Below, piece by piece: positions 38,760-51,300 of a stretch of 64,000 nucleotides of DNA (positions are counted from its first letter, which is position 1; every line of letters begins with the position of its first letter). Position numbers and translations under genes: made by a program. Origin of the DNA: Eledone cirrhosa (lineage: Eukaryota); assembly GCA_964016885.1 (NCBI GenBank), contig OZ024743.1:105090001-105154000 (forward strand), read 5' to 3'. The notes below the pieces were generated by a model that was not told the origin of the DNA, did no database searches, and saw only the letters and a list, made by a program, of their open reading frames with translations.

Positions 38760-41700
38760 TTCCTTGAATCTCAGTCATTGATGTTGGTTAACTGGAAAGT
38801 CCGTTGGAATGAATATCAAGCCGCTACCTGCAGCCTCAGATATTCAGGACGTATCGGAGGGTTCTTGCTGTTCCAAGCAAGCATGCCTTTTGAAGCGTTC
38901 CAAAAAGCGTGAAGGGGCCGATTTTCTTTAACCATCCCTGGAAACTTTTGGAGATAGTCCCCAGTGCGCCTATGACAATCGGGATCACTTTGACTTCATG
39001 GCAGTTCCAAATCCTTTTCACCTCCCACTTTAGGTCCTGGTATCGGTTAATTTTCTCCCTCTCCTTCTCTTGCACTCTCGTGTCGAACGGGCAGGCCACA
39101 TCCACAATCAGACACGATCTTTTTTCTTTGTCCACAACCACCAGGTCAGGTCTATTGTGTTCCAGTTTTTTGTCCGTCTGTATCCTAAAATCCCACAGCA
39201 CCTTCACCTGATTGTTCTCCATCACCGCCTCCGGCCTATGCTCATACCATTTCTCAGAATGTGGTAAATTGTTTACTTTGCACAGGTGCCAGTGGATCAC
39301 CCTGCCCATCACATCGTGTCTCCAGCCCTTATAGTGGGTCTGGGCTAGGTGTTTACACTCGGACACAATGTGAGCCACAGTGTCCTCTCTCTCTCCACAG
39401 ATCCTGCACAGTGGGCTAGCCTCCTCCTTGTAAATATGGTGCTTCGACCACTTCGTTTTGAGGGCCTGCTCCTGCGCAGCCATTATCATTCCTTCTGTAG
39501 CCTTTTTGAGGTCTCCTCTTCTCAACCAGTTCCATGTCTGTGGATCTCTAAATTCAGTTTTCTCAAAGAAGGTATAATGAAGGGATTTTCCCTTAAGGCT
39601 GCTCTTCCTCCTTGATGTTATTTCCTCCTTGGACATCCCCTGGCCTACTGTCCCCTCCTTCAGTACAGTTTTGAGCATTGGCTCCTTACTATAGGTCACG
39701 TATTTGTATAGGTTGTTTTTCTCCATCTGAACACAGTCCTCTATGCTGATAAGACCTCTTCCACCCTCAAATATCCTTAGGTAGAGTCTATCGACATCAC
39801 TCCTCTTGTGGAACATGTTGTAGATAGTCAATAGCTTCCTAGTCTTCCTATCCATTTCTTTTTGTTCAGCAACATTCCATCTCAGAATTCCCGCACTGTA
39901 CCTAATAATAGACACAGCTCGGGAATTTACTGCGCTTATGGCATTTCTGCTGTTCAGATGTGACTTCAATACGCTCCTTACTCTCCGAATGTATTCAGTT
40001 CTTAACAATTCCTTCATTTTTTTGTTCTTTATGCCATCACCCTCCAGAACGCCCAAATACTTGTATCCTTCCTCAGAGTCAATTTCCTTTATCATCTCAC
40101 CTGTTGGTATCTGGATCCCGCAACTTCTGCTCAACCTACCCCTCCTCATCACAATGACTCCACATTTACCAATACCAAACTGCATACATATATCACTGCT
40201 GAAAATACGGACAGTGTCAACAAGCACATCCAACTCCTTCTCACTTTTCCCGAAGAGCTTAAGATCGTCCATGAAGAGGAGGTGATTGATGGTAAGCTCT
40301 CCCCTTCCCAACTTGTATCCTGCTCTCACTTTTCGCAGCATAATGGTCAAGGGCATTAGGGCAAGGACAAACAACAGAGGGGACAGGCTATCTCCCTGGA
40401 AGATACCTCTCTTGATCTTCACGCTTCCCAAGGATACTCCAGTTGATGTCAAATCTGTCTCCCAGGACCCCATACTCCTGCCCAGCAGCTGTCTGATGTT
40501 ATCTGCCACCCTGAAGATCTCCAGGCTTTTGGTGATCCAAGAATGAGGCACCATGTCAAATGCCTTTCTGTAGTCTATCCATCCCATGGCAAGATCAGTG
40601 TGTCTCCTCCTGCAATTCCCCATTACCATATTATCAATAAGTAACTGGTCCTTTGTACCACGTGACTTCTTTCGGCATCCTTTCTGTTCGTCCGGTAACA
40701 AGTTGTTTGTGTGGAGGTGATGGTAGATTTCCTCAGACACAATGCTCGTCAACAGTTTCCACATTACGGACAGACATGTGATAGGTCTATAGTTGGTAAC
40801 ATCATTACCCTTGATTCGGTCTTTCATTATCAGAACTGTGGTACCTTTTGTCAACCACTCTGGCACCTCACCCGACACCAAGCAGTCATTGAACATGGCC
40901 GTCAGCTTCGGGTGGAGGGATGTTAAATGTTTAATCCAATACCCCTGCACACCATCTGGGCCTGGTGATCTCCAGTTGGTTAGTTTTTTGGCCTGCCCCT
41001 TAAGAGTTTCAACTGTGATACTCAAATCAGTCTGTTGCTGTGCCTGCTCACCGATCTCCCTCTGTACTGTCTCAATCCACCCTGCCTGGGCATTGTGTCT
41101 AACATCCTGCTCCCATATTCCTCTCCAGAATGTTTTAGTTTGTTCCGCCCCAGGGATCAAGTCGTTGCCTCTTTCTTTCCCCTCAAGCTGTCCAAACAGC
41201 ATCTTCTGGTTGTTGTCGAACATGCGGTTCTGTTTATACTGACTGACTCTGTTCTCGTATCGCCTGATTTTTGCACTCTTTGCTACAATGCGTGGCTTCA
41301 ATTCCTCTATGATAATATTTAGCTTTTTACTCCTAGTTTTGTTTTTTATTTCCAGTCTATTTTTAGTGCCTATGTTTTTTAGTGTCCCATTCAGTAGTGA
41401 CTCAAGCTTTCCTATGTCATTTCTCATTTCCCCGATTTGCCCACTCAGTCGCTTCTTCCACCATGGCTCTGCTCTTTCTTGTCTGTTGTTTCCTCTCGCT
41501 TTTATACCAAGTAGTTTCCTCACCGTATTTGCTGTTGCTTTGAGGATATTGTTGCACTGGTGAAGGCTCCTCGCCTCAAGGTATGGGATGACTTTGTTTA
41601 CCTTAGCTGTTGTTTCTTTTAACTTTTTCCTGTCTACAAATCTTAGGTTCATAGGTCTCCCACTATCATTGTTCAATTCATCTACCACTAAATTTAGGAT

Positions 41701-43309
41701 GTCAACCGAATCTTGTCCTAGCCCGTCAGCATTCATCTCCTCAGTGGCCGTATCTCTGTTCCAGGTATTATTTATCTCAGTATTCAGATCATTGTCTGCT
41801 TCGGGTGGTTCCTCCGTTCTCAGGACCTCTTCACCTTCATTTCCCACTGGCTCGCTTGTCTGGCATACTACACCCGCCATCTCCAAGCCATTCTCTCTGC
41901 TCAGTTCCTCCAGTTCCAGCTCGCTTATCCACCCATTAGTTCTTATTACCCGAGCCTGCCCGGCCAATTTTTGTTCATCTAATTTAAATAAACCAATCTC
42001 GTTCCAGATGTTATGCATCCGTCTCCTGTAGCCCCTCTCCTTGGGGTTACTTTTCAGGTAGCATTGCATAACAGTTCTATTCAATTCTTTCGTCCAGTTG
42101 GTTCTGGCCCCTTTCCTTCTTCTTCTTCCTCCAACATCAGCAGTATTTGGTTGACAGTCAGGTTCCTGCTGCTGAGCCAGGGGGCACCTGTTGTGTGAGA
42201 GTCTGTCACATGACGTTCTAGTCTCCATTTCACCGTTATTCGAACTGTTTATGTTCGATATTTAAACACTCTTATCGAGGATTGGCGAATGTATGGTTAC
42301 ATAGCCATCTGTAGATCCGCCATCCCACTTGGCTCTTGTGTGGCATTATCACCACGCTGTATACGAACACACATAAACAAACAAACACACAGGCAGAAAG
42401 GGCCCCACAAATGAATAAGCATAAGTTTCATTGTAATGTAGTGTTCGAATGTCTGACTTAGTTTTTGTTTTTTAAGTTTTAGTTTTTCCCCCCTCTTCTC
42501 TGTCCGTCCGCCTGCTTCTCTCTTCATTCTTATTTTCTTTACGTTTTTGGGGTTTCTTTTTTTGTTTTTGTTTTTCTCTGTTTGTTTTTCTCGTTTTTGC
42601 TGTTGTTGCTGTGCTGCTTTGGTTTTGTTGTTTGTTTTTTCTTTTTTCTTTTGAGTCTATCTATATATTTTGATGCCTTCCTCTTTGTTAGTAGTAGGAA
42701 TTCTATAATGTGGAAGTAGCAGCCAGCAGGGAGAAGTGGGAGACTGGCGGCGGTAGCGATACTGAGACAGTGGTGGTGGTGATGTCGATACCGAGGAAGT
42801 GGTGGCGGTGATGTGACCGTATTACTGTAGTGATGGTGCTGTAGCGGTGGCAGCAGTGAAGGAGTGAAGGGGTGGTGGCGGCGGTGATGGGATAGCGGTG
42901 GTAATGATGGCCGTAGTGAGGGGTGGTGTTGAAGGTGAAAATGCCGTTATCTGGCTGTTGTGTTTAGTGTACACAGATGATGGGGTGGGTGGTGTATCTA
43001 GTTTCTGGTGTTGGTGAGTTTGGCTGTCCTATATAGTGTAGACAGAGGAGAGGAGGGGGGGTTCTTCTTACATTTATAGCCATTTTCTTTTTTGGATATA
43101 CAGTGTACAATACAAAGTTGAATATTTGAATATTTGAGCCTTATAACAATATATTTTGGGTCCGAATTTTTTGGGGCTCAAGCCGGGTGCTATACGTAGC
43201 ATTTGTACTAAGAGTTGTTATTTCACACATGATTTAAATATGTTAAAAATTCAAAACTTACGGGAGCGATTTCATGACCTCCGTCACCTCGTGCGTCTTC
43301 TTCCCTATG

Positions 43310-43310
<1 letters not shown>
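38760..43310 (-). mobile_element. R4-clade (Dong-like) RLE non-LTR retrotransposon in a (TAA)n tract
   Basis: Single ORF with RT and RLE and a short 3' UTR running into (TAA)n at 38728-38760. (TAA)n recurs at 43311-43363. The 5' boundary is uncertain (42360 or 43310). Confidence 0.85.
38836..42228 (-). CDS. R4/Dong-type reverse transcriptase with restriction-like endonuclease, 1130 aa uninterrupted
   Basis: NYRPITCL, DYRKAFD, GIFQGDSLSPLLF, HLLFMDDLK and YKYLG. CRIC...HIVSEC knuckle and RHD. RLE motif RPDLVVVDK...IVDVACP...EKINRY. Confidence 0.95.
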   Translation of the reverse strand: METRTSCDRLSHNRCPLAQQQEPDCQPNTADVGGRRRRKGARTNWTKELNRTVMQCYLKSNPKERGYRRRMHNIWNEIGLFKLDEQKLAGQARVIRTNGWISELELEELSRENGLEMAGVVCQTSEPVGNEGEEVLRTEEPPEADNDLNTEINNTWNRDTATEEMNADGLGQDSVDILNLVVDELNNDSGRPMNLRFVDRKKLKETTAKVNKVIPYLEARSLHQCNNILKATANTVRKLLGIKARGNNRQERAEPWWKKRLSGQIGEMRNDIGKLESLLNGTLKNIGTKNRLEIKNKTRSKKLNIIIEELKPRIVAKSAKIRRYENRVSQYKQNRMFDNNQKMLFGQLEGKERGNDLIPGAEQTKTFWRGIWEQDVRHNAQAGWIETVQREIGEQAQQQTDLSITVETLKGQAKKLTNWRSPGPDGVQGYWIKHLTSLHPKLTAMFNDCLVSGEVPEWLTKGTTVLIMKDRIKGNDVTNYRPITCLSVMWKLLTSIVSEEIYHHLHTNNLLPDEQKGCRKKSRGTKDQLLIDNMVMGNCRRRHTDLAMGWIDYRKAFDMVPHSWITKSLEIFRVADNIRQLLGRSMGSWETDLTSTGVSLGSVKIKRGIFQGDSLSPLLFVLALMPLTIMLRKVRAGYKLGRGELTINHLLFMDDLKLFGKSEKELDVLVDTVRIFSSDICMQFGIGKCGVIVMRRGRLSRSCGIQIPTGEMIKEIDSEEGYKYLGVLEGDGIKNKKMKELLRTEYIRRVRSVLKSHLNSRNAISAVNSRAVSIIRYSAGILRWNVAEQKEMDRKTRKLLTIYNMFHKRSDVDRLYLRIFEGGRGLISIEDCVQMEKNNLYKYVTYSKEPMLKTVLKEGTVGQGMSKEEITSRRKSSLKGKSLHYTFFEKTEFRDPQTWNWLRRGDLKKATEGMIMAAQEQALKTKWSKHHIYKEEASPLCRICGEREDTVAHIVSECKHLAQTHYKGWRHDVMGRVIHWHLCKVNNLPHSEKWYEHRPEAVMENNQVKVLWDFRIQTDKKLEHNRPDLVVVDKEKRSCLIVDVACPFDTRVQEKEREKINRYQDLKWEVKRIWNCHEVKVIPIVIGALGTISKSFQGWLKKIGPFTLFGTLQKACLLGTARTLRYVLNI

Positions 43311-43368
<58 letters not shown>

Positions 43369-43373
43369 ATATG

Positions 43374-43410
<37 letters not shown>

Positions 43411-43416
43411 ATATAT

Positions 43417-43535
<119 letters not shown>

Positions 43536-43711
43536 CATATATACATATATATATAACATTATGCACGTGACTATGTGAAGTGTATCAGCTCCTCTCTAAA
43601 TCTCCACCTATAGCTTTCAATAGGCTTCAACTCTTTGAAAACTAGGTTTTTAGTTGTTTTGTTTTAATAATGCAGCAGATACTGTAACAAGAGAAATCAA
43701 GACTATGTGTA

Positions 43712-43804
<93 letters not shown>

Positions 43805-43849
43805 TATATATATACATAATGTTATATATATATATGTATGTATATATAC

Positions 43850-44750
43850 GGGGTAACAAATTATTGTTATAGGTAGTCCACTTAAGTGTAGTCCAGTTAT
43901 GGTACTCCGGGTAGTGGATGATATCAACGCTTGGCTAAGTTTGACTCAACAAGGCGTTTCCATAGTGATATTACGAGTACGCTGTAATTCCTATGTTGCA
44001 AAGACTTGGAGTAATGATAAATCAGGAAAGAAGAGTGACACGGTTTGCTATACAAAAAAGTTTTTAATCTCATTGCTGGCAATTGTTTTTCTGAACTGGT
44101 AGGTCTAGAGATCGCTACCCGCTTATTTTCACGTTATTCGATCACCAATACAAAGTTATAACCAGTCAATTCATCGGAGCTTGTGAGAATGAAAAAAATA
44201 TACAGGCATGGCTACTATATATAGTAGTAATGGCATTAAATCAGAACAATAACAACAATACTAACAATGCTAGCAATAACTTATATGAAATAATCACAAC
44301 ATCAATCTAGGTGGGAAGTATAGTATATCTACGATTTTAGCGTGTAAAACTAGCTGACATGAGGCAGATGTATAAAATTGACATGTAAAAGCTGTCAAGG
44401 GGTGTATTATATCTAGTGTAAAGATAAGCCGGTGGCTTTAAACACTGGAGGTCTGGTGGCCGTAAGAATCTTTATTATCTGATAGATGAAGAATTTATCA
44501 CTGTAGTGAGGATAGTAATATTTGTGTGGTCTATATTAGATGAAAGGGTTGTCTAGCTTTCTCATCATCAATAACATACATGTATAAGACAACATTAACA
44601 GAGTAGCAATATAATGGGCAAGTTAATACAGAGGTTAAGGAGGCAATATATATATATACATACATGCACACAAACACACTTTGTATTGGTGATCGAATAA
44701 CGTGAAAATATTCAGAGAAACAATTGTCAGCAATGAGATTAAAAACATAT
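43850..44750 (-). mobile_element. Non-coding Penelope-like pLTR remnant with inverted partial duplicate
   Basis: The tail at 43850-43960 is homologous to 32749-32856 and 36885-36985. A hammerhead lies at 44073-44181 (-), with an inverted, internally deleted copy at 44679-44747 (+). Confidence 0.72.
44073..44181 (-). ncRNA. Degenerate hammerhead motif with extended stem II
   Basis: agct CCGATGA attgactggt [~60 nt] accagttcag aaAAA caattg cc agc. The inverted copy preserves GAAA caattg TC agc. Confidence 0.55.
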
Positions 44751-44879
44751 ATAATGTATATACATATAAATATGTATGTATATATATATATATACATTTA
44801 TATGTGTATGTAAATCTCTCTCTATATATATGCATATATATATACACACACAGAAACATATATGCATACATATATCAAT

Positions 44880-44912
<33 letters not shown>

Positions 44913-44925
44913 AATGTATATATAT

Positions 44926-44965
<40 letters not shown>

Positions 44966-45022
44966 ATGTATGTATGTATGTATGTATATATGTAGATATA
45001 GATATAGATAATTATATATCAA

Positions 45023-45102
<80 letters not shown>

Positions 45103-45661
45103 TGTATGTATGTATATATGTATGATTGAACGTGTGTATGTATATAAACATTCTCTTTCATACACACAAACACGCAAAACTCCTCTTAATTCGCAACCAT
45201 TCACAAACATACAAACACACACATCAAAAATATATAAAGGCCTCATATATTTGTTTGGTTGCAACATTGACAGAATACAATTTAACAATAAAAAAAATAA
45301 CAAAACAAACAAACACATATAAATAAGTATTTATGGTACTTAACATTTCAATGTTCTCTCTTCATAGTTTATTTTTCTTTAAAGTAAACCCTTTGCTTGC
45401 ATTTAGAGAAATTATTAATGTTGTACTAATTCTTTTATTTGAAATTTCTATAGCATTCACTTTAGAAAATAACAGAATATGAAAATTGTAGATACGTTGT
45501 TTCAAAAGCAGTGGGAGAGAGAGAGAAAGAGAGAGAAAGAGAGAGAAAGAGAAAGAGAGAGAGAGAAGGAGGAAGAGAGAGAGAGAGAAGAGGGGGAGAG
45601 ATAGAGGAGAAGAGAGAGAAAGAGAGAGAAGAAAGAGAGGAGAGAGAGGAGAGCGAGAAAG

Positions 45662-45697
<36 letters not shown>

Positions 45698-46261
45698 GGA
45701 GAGAGGGAGAGGAGAGAAAGATATATATATAGAGAGAGAGTGTGTTTGTGTGTTTGTACGTATATACACACATACAATATACTTATATTGTATATTTTGT
45801 AGAAATCCTAAAAACCTCCAGTAACGTCTACTGACAAAAGATTTCTTATAAATAGTTTAAATTCATTTTCTAAAAAAAAAAGACAAAATGCAGAGGGGAT
45901 GTGGCTTTGAGGTTTCGTTGTCAAGCAACATATACCAAGGCTCCCGAGGAAATACTGTCAACTACAATATCAACCATGTAAATGACAGAAAATAACGTCA
46001 AGTCTCTACTGCCGAGAAAGGATTAAGCTAGAAACATTGACTGCAGCCATGCACTTAAATGCCAAAATTGAGGCGTGAATTAGACATAAACACGCCAATA
46101 ATTTCACGTTAGGAAACTGAACACGGCCATTCAGAATGAGTCATTCAACGCAACGACTCCATGGCTGTAGAATTCTTTTATATGAATTGAATAACTTCAA
46201 TTAATTGAGATTATACTTTCAATTCTGAGAAAAGACTAGTTCATTTATACGGATATATACA

Positions 46262-46335
<74 letters not shown>

Positions 46336-46475
46336 ATGTGTGTGTGTGTGTGTGTGTATGTATATATATACATGTGCGAGTGTGTTTATGTGTGTGTATG
46401 TGTGTAAATATGTACGTGTATCTAGATATATAGTTGGATATAGATATGTATACACATACATATATCCTACCATCC

Positions 46476-46534
<59 letters not shown>

Positions 46535-46536
46535 CT

Positions 46537-46568
<32 letters not shown>

Positions 46569-46569
46569 C

Positions 46570-46637
<68 letters not shown>

Positions 46638-48148
46638 TTCTCTGTTCATTGATATTTTACTGTATCATTCTCTTTCTTTTCCCCTCCCTCTGTCCCATTC
46701 TTTCTCCCCTTCCTCCTTCACTCTTTCTCTTACCTTCTAAACAAATCTTTAATATTCTGTATTTTCAATTAGCAGTAGTTTTTTCTCTTGAGATATAGGA
46801 ATGGTATGGGTTTGTTCTTATAAATCTGTTCACGAGATTTCTAATTGGAAAGGGCATCAGTTTAAAAGAACCAGGATTACTTCTGTGAACAAGACAACCT
46901 CACAAAATATAAAACATATTTCACATCTTGAATAGTTTCGTCTACTTATGATGTTTTAAAGAACACACCAGAATACACGCAAACACACACGCATACACAC
47001 GTATATATACACAAACACACATGCATATATCGATACATATACTACACTCACACAGCAAAATATTATGAAAAAGGTAACGGTAAGAGTAAAGACCCTCTTC
47101 GGTCACGAACGAACATGGTCGCCCAGCAGTTGCCCATGCATATCAGGCTCCCCTCTTCACGCCACCGATGTCCAAGGGAAAGGCAAAAGGCCGGTGCTGC
47201 TTGGAACCAGTGACGTGGCAACTCATTTTTTCCAGATGATTGAATTAGAGCAACGCGAAATAATGATTTCTAGTATAGGCACACTGCCATTAATTTGGTG
47301 GGAGGGGAAAGTCGATTAAATCGACCCCAGTACGTTACTGGTGCTTTATGTTATCGACCCCGTAAGGATGAAAGGCAAAGTTAACCTCGGCGGGATTTGA
47401 ACTCAGACCGTAAAGCAGCGTAACTCTATTCTGCAAATCATGGTGTCCGACGCTCTACCGATACTGCCAATTCCCAACACGAAATAATGAGTACAGTACA
47501 AAGACACAAACCAACACACCACCCGGTCCGGCAATCTGACTCAGAACCCCACGATTGAAAGCTCAATACTCTAACCTCTAAGTCACGCACCTTTAAGCCA
47601 ACACACAAACACGCACGCACGCACGCACACACACACATACACACACACACGCACACGCACACACATATATACCTCCCCCCACATACACGTACGCACACAT
47701 ATATATATAGAAAATATAAAGGGTAACAGCAACAACAATGTCATGAACATAGGTAATAAAATAAGTTCTATATGTGGTGACGAGAACCTCAACTACACCA
47801 AAACTAAAGGGACACGGAAGCAGTCTTTGTGTTGTCGCTCACCTTGCTAGAAATAGCAGTTAAGTTTTCTTCTGTCAAACAAAACCATACCACGTTAAAA
47901 AGGTAATATCCTTATTAGATAGATAATGTAGTAAATTTGAAGATGGGAACGGGAATATTTTCAAGGTATAACCATGTTGAGATTTGTCGCAATTTATCGG
48001 TCGACATTGCGACACGATTTTAATTTGAAGTGTCACAAGAGAAGGGGAGATCGGGTCACGGTCAAGATTCCCTGATGCCTCTGGTATCTGGAACGTATAT
48101 CCCCCGTTATACTAAAAGGTCATAAACGATGGTCACACACATACACAT

Positions 48149-48216
<68 letters not shown>

Positions 48217-48313
48217 GTTGAAACGGCAATAGCTCAGCCGTCGGGTCCCGGCACTTTATAATATACCGATACATATATATATATAAATACATATATACAC
48301 ATATATCAAACAC

Positions 48314-48345
<32 letters not shown>

Positions 48346-48380
48346 TCAAACACACATACACACAAATACACACTCACATA

Positions 48381-51300
48381 TCTGTCTCTGTGTGTGAATT
48401 TGTGTGTATGTCTGTCTCTGTGTGTGTATTATTTTTATGCATTTCCACAATTCTTTACCGATTTTGATGATTTCTTTTCCAATGTACTCCAAATTTACCA
48501 GGGCAGGTCAACGCGTAATTATATTTGCCAAAAGTTTCCTGCTTCTATGAAAAAAAAATCGATAAAACTAAATACATGCTGTAACCCTCTCTCTTACACG
48601 CTTCATTACTCTCACTACTACCATCAAAAATATATGAAACTACATACATGTTGCAACTCTCTTTAAAAGGTTCATCCTTTCCTCTACTCCACTCTCAATC
48701 TCCTCTGTAAATCTCTTTAAAAGGTTCATCACTCCCTCTACTCCCCCCTCAATCTCCTCTGCAACTCTCTTCAAAAGGTTACTGCCTCCGTGTACTACCC
48801 TATCACCATTACAATTTAGAACAACGACAAAACTTCTTTTGAAGGAACGCGACACAAACTTTGAAACCTAAGCAACACATCGATTTATACAACAACCATA
48901 GCTTTACTCTCTACGTCGCTCTTCCCTCTCTCTACAATAGATTATTCCCCCTCTCTATAATTTAACTGCTTTACTCTCTTCATGTTTCGAGGTTTAACAC
49001 TAACTCCACTCTCTCGGTCGCTCTTCTTTCTCTCTATAATAGACCATTCCCCCTCTTCGTTCGGGAACGCGAAATAAACGTTGATAACTAAGCAACACAT
49101 CATTTTATACAACAACAAACATAGTCATAACGACACTCATACATCAAATATCAAAATTTAAAAAGCCGATAACACTAAATATATACTGCTCTCTCAACGT
49201 TACATTTTACACACATTTTACATCAAATAACAAATATTCAAAAACAACAGATGAATTTATAAAACAACAAACGTAACAATAACGACGCTTAAGCATTTAT
49301 TTACATGATTCTCAACAAAGACATTATATTTTATTGTTGTCCTTTTTGTAATTTTCTTTCTTTGTTTTTTTCAATATGAGACAAAAAATTAATGAGAAAA
49401 CTTTTTTCATGAACGTCCGATTTCGATTATTTATTTTCCATTGTGCTCCAAAATAACACCCCTGTTTACGCTCTTTTGTGCCATAACTCAGACAGGCTTG
49501 GCTTACAGGTTTGACCTATTATTTGACGTGAATTCTTCATAGATCTTACTTAGTACTCACTTTTCACTTACTCACCGTTCAATTGAAATGTTTGGCTACT
49601 CCTCCTTTCCTGCTCCATTACCTGCATAGATATTTACGTGTTCGGTCCTGCTACAACATAGTACTCACTTTAAACTAATTCAATGTTCAATTGAAAATTT
49701 TCGCTACCAAACACAAAAGACAACGACCTAGTCGCCACACTAAAGCTGCTTCTGCTGCCAAATGAAGAAGAGCTACAAAGTTGTCTGTCGAAAATTGACT
49801 CGGTTGTCACAAAATGCAACTCGAAATGCAATTATCCGGGCAACCGAGACAGAAAAAAAGAGGAGCATCCGCCTTTCCGGAAATGCATTTGTAACTTCAG
49901 TTGCGCGTGCAGCGCAAACTTATGAACAACATTCTCGACGACGAAGCAAAAATGCTGCCTCTACCGCTGCGGCACGTGACGGTGAGGACGAAGAATACCG
50001 TTACAGACGACGACGAAGAGATGCCGCCGCAACTGCTGCGTCACGTGCTGCTGAGGACGAAGGGCAGCGTTCCAGACGTCAACGTACGGACGCTGCTTCA
50101 ACAGCTTCCGTTCGCGGATCAGAGACTGCGCAAATTAAATTACAAAGGCCAAACGCAAACGCACTCCGCAGGAGTGCTAAACGATGTACACAGAGGATTA
50201 GTTGCACTCAGTGGTCTCATAAGGCTTTCCACTATGAACCAATAGTAAACTATGCACTGATGCCAGAAGTTCAGATTGGATCCATGTCTGTAATTTGCCA
50301 ATATTGTAGAGCAAAAAAATGGCCTGGGGATACTTCAGGGATGTGCTGCTCTGATGGCAAAGTGAGACTGCCTCCTCTACAGGAACCACCACAACCTTTG
50401 AAGTCTCTACTGACCGGGGCCAGAGCGGAGTCGGACCACTTCCTTCAATGTTCCAGGAGATACAACGCTGCCTTCCAAATGACCTCTTTCAGAGCTAACA
50501 TCATACGCGAGGACGGCTTCATGCCTACCTTTAAAGTTCAAGGACAAATTTACCACAGAATCGGTTCGCTACTGCCCACGACAGACGGACAGCCCCAGTT
50601 CCTACAGCTATACTTTGTCACTGACTATTTGGACCAAGCGGAACGACGCGCTTTAATTTCGCCTGGCACAGACATGAACATTCTGTTGCAACTCCAGAGA
50701 ATGCTGCACGAAAACAACAACTACATTCGCAGTTTTAAATGCGCATTGGAGGCAGCTCCGTTGCCAAATTTTGCTGTTATAATCGAGGCTGACAGGAAAC
50801 CACCAGGCACCCACGCCGGACGTTTTAACACTCACACGTGCAATGAAATAGCTGTGCTTCTTCATGGAGAACAGTACAACAAGCGGGACATCATACTTCA
50901 GTGTAGGGACAATAGCCTGCAACGGATCAGCGAGACGAATAAGTCCTACGACGCATTCCTATATCCCCTACTTTTCCCTTTCGGTGACGACGGATACCCC
51001 TTTGGAATTCCTTTGTGCAACAACAACAAAACTGTTTCCTCTATGCAATTCTACACCTACCGATTCATGGTCCGCGAATGCTGCTTTAACCAACTTCACC
51101 GTGCAAGAGTACTCTTCAACCAAGTTGCTGTAGGCGTGTGCGCAAAGGCGGAATCTGAAAGGCTGTGCTACATAAGGAACCATCAAGCACGCCTTCGTTC
51201 GGACAGCTACATTCACTTACGGGATGGAGTAAGGAAGGACGTCGATCCCGAGAACCTTGAAAAACATTGTATCCTTCTGTCGACGTTTGTTGGGAGTCCC

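Noticed and set aside
42229-42360. HDV-like ribozyme in the Dong-like 5' UTR
   Set aside because: Two hairpins and a tcctcg motif are visible, but I could not build the nested P1/P2/P3 pseudoknot. An Infernal or RNArobo search would decide it.
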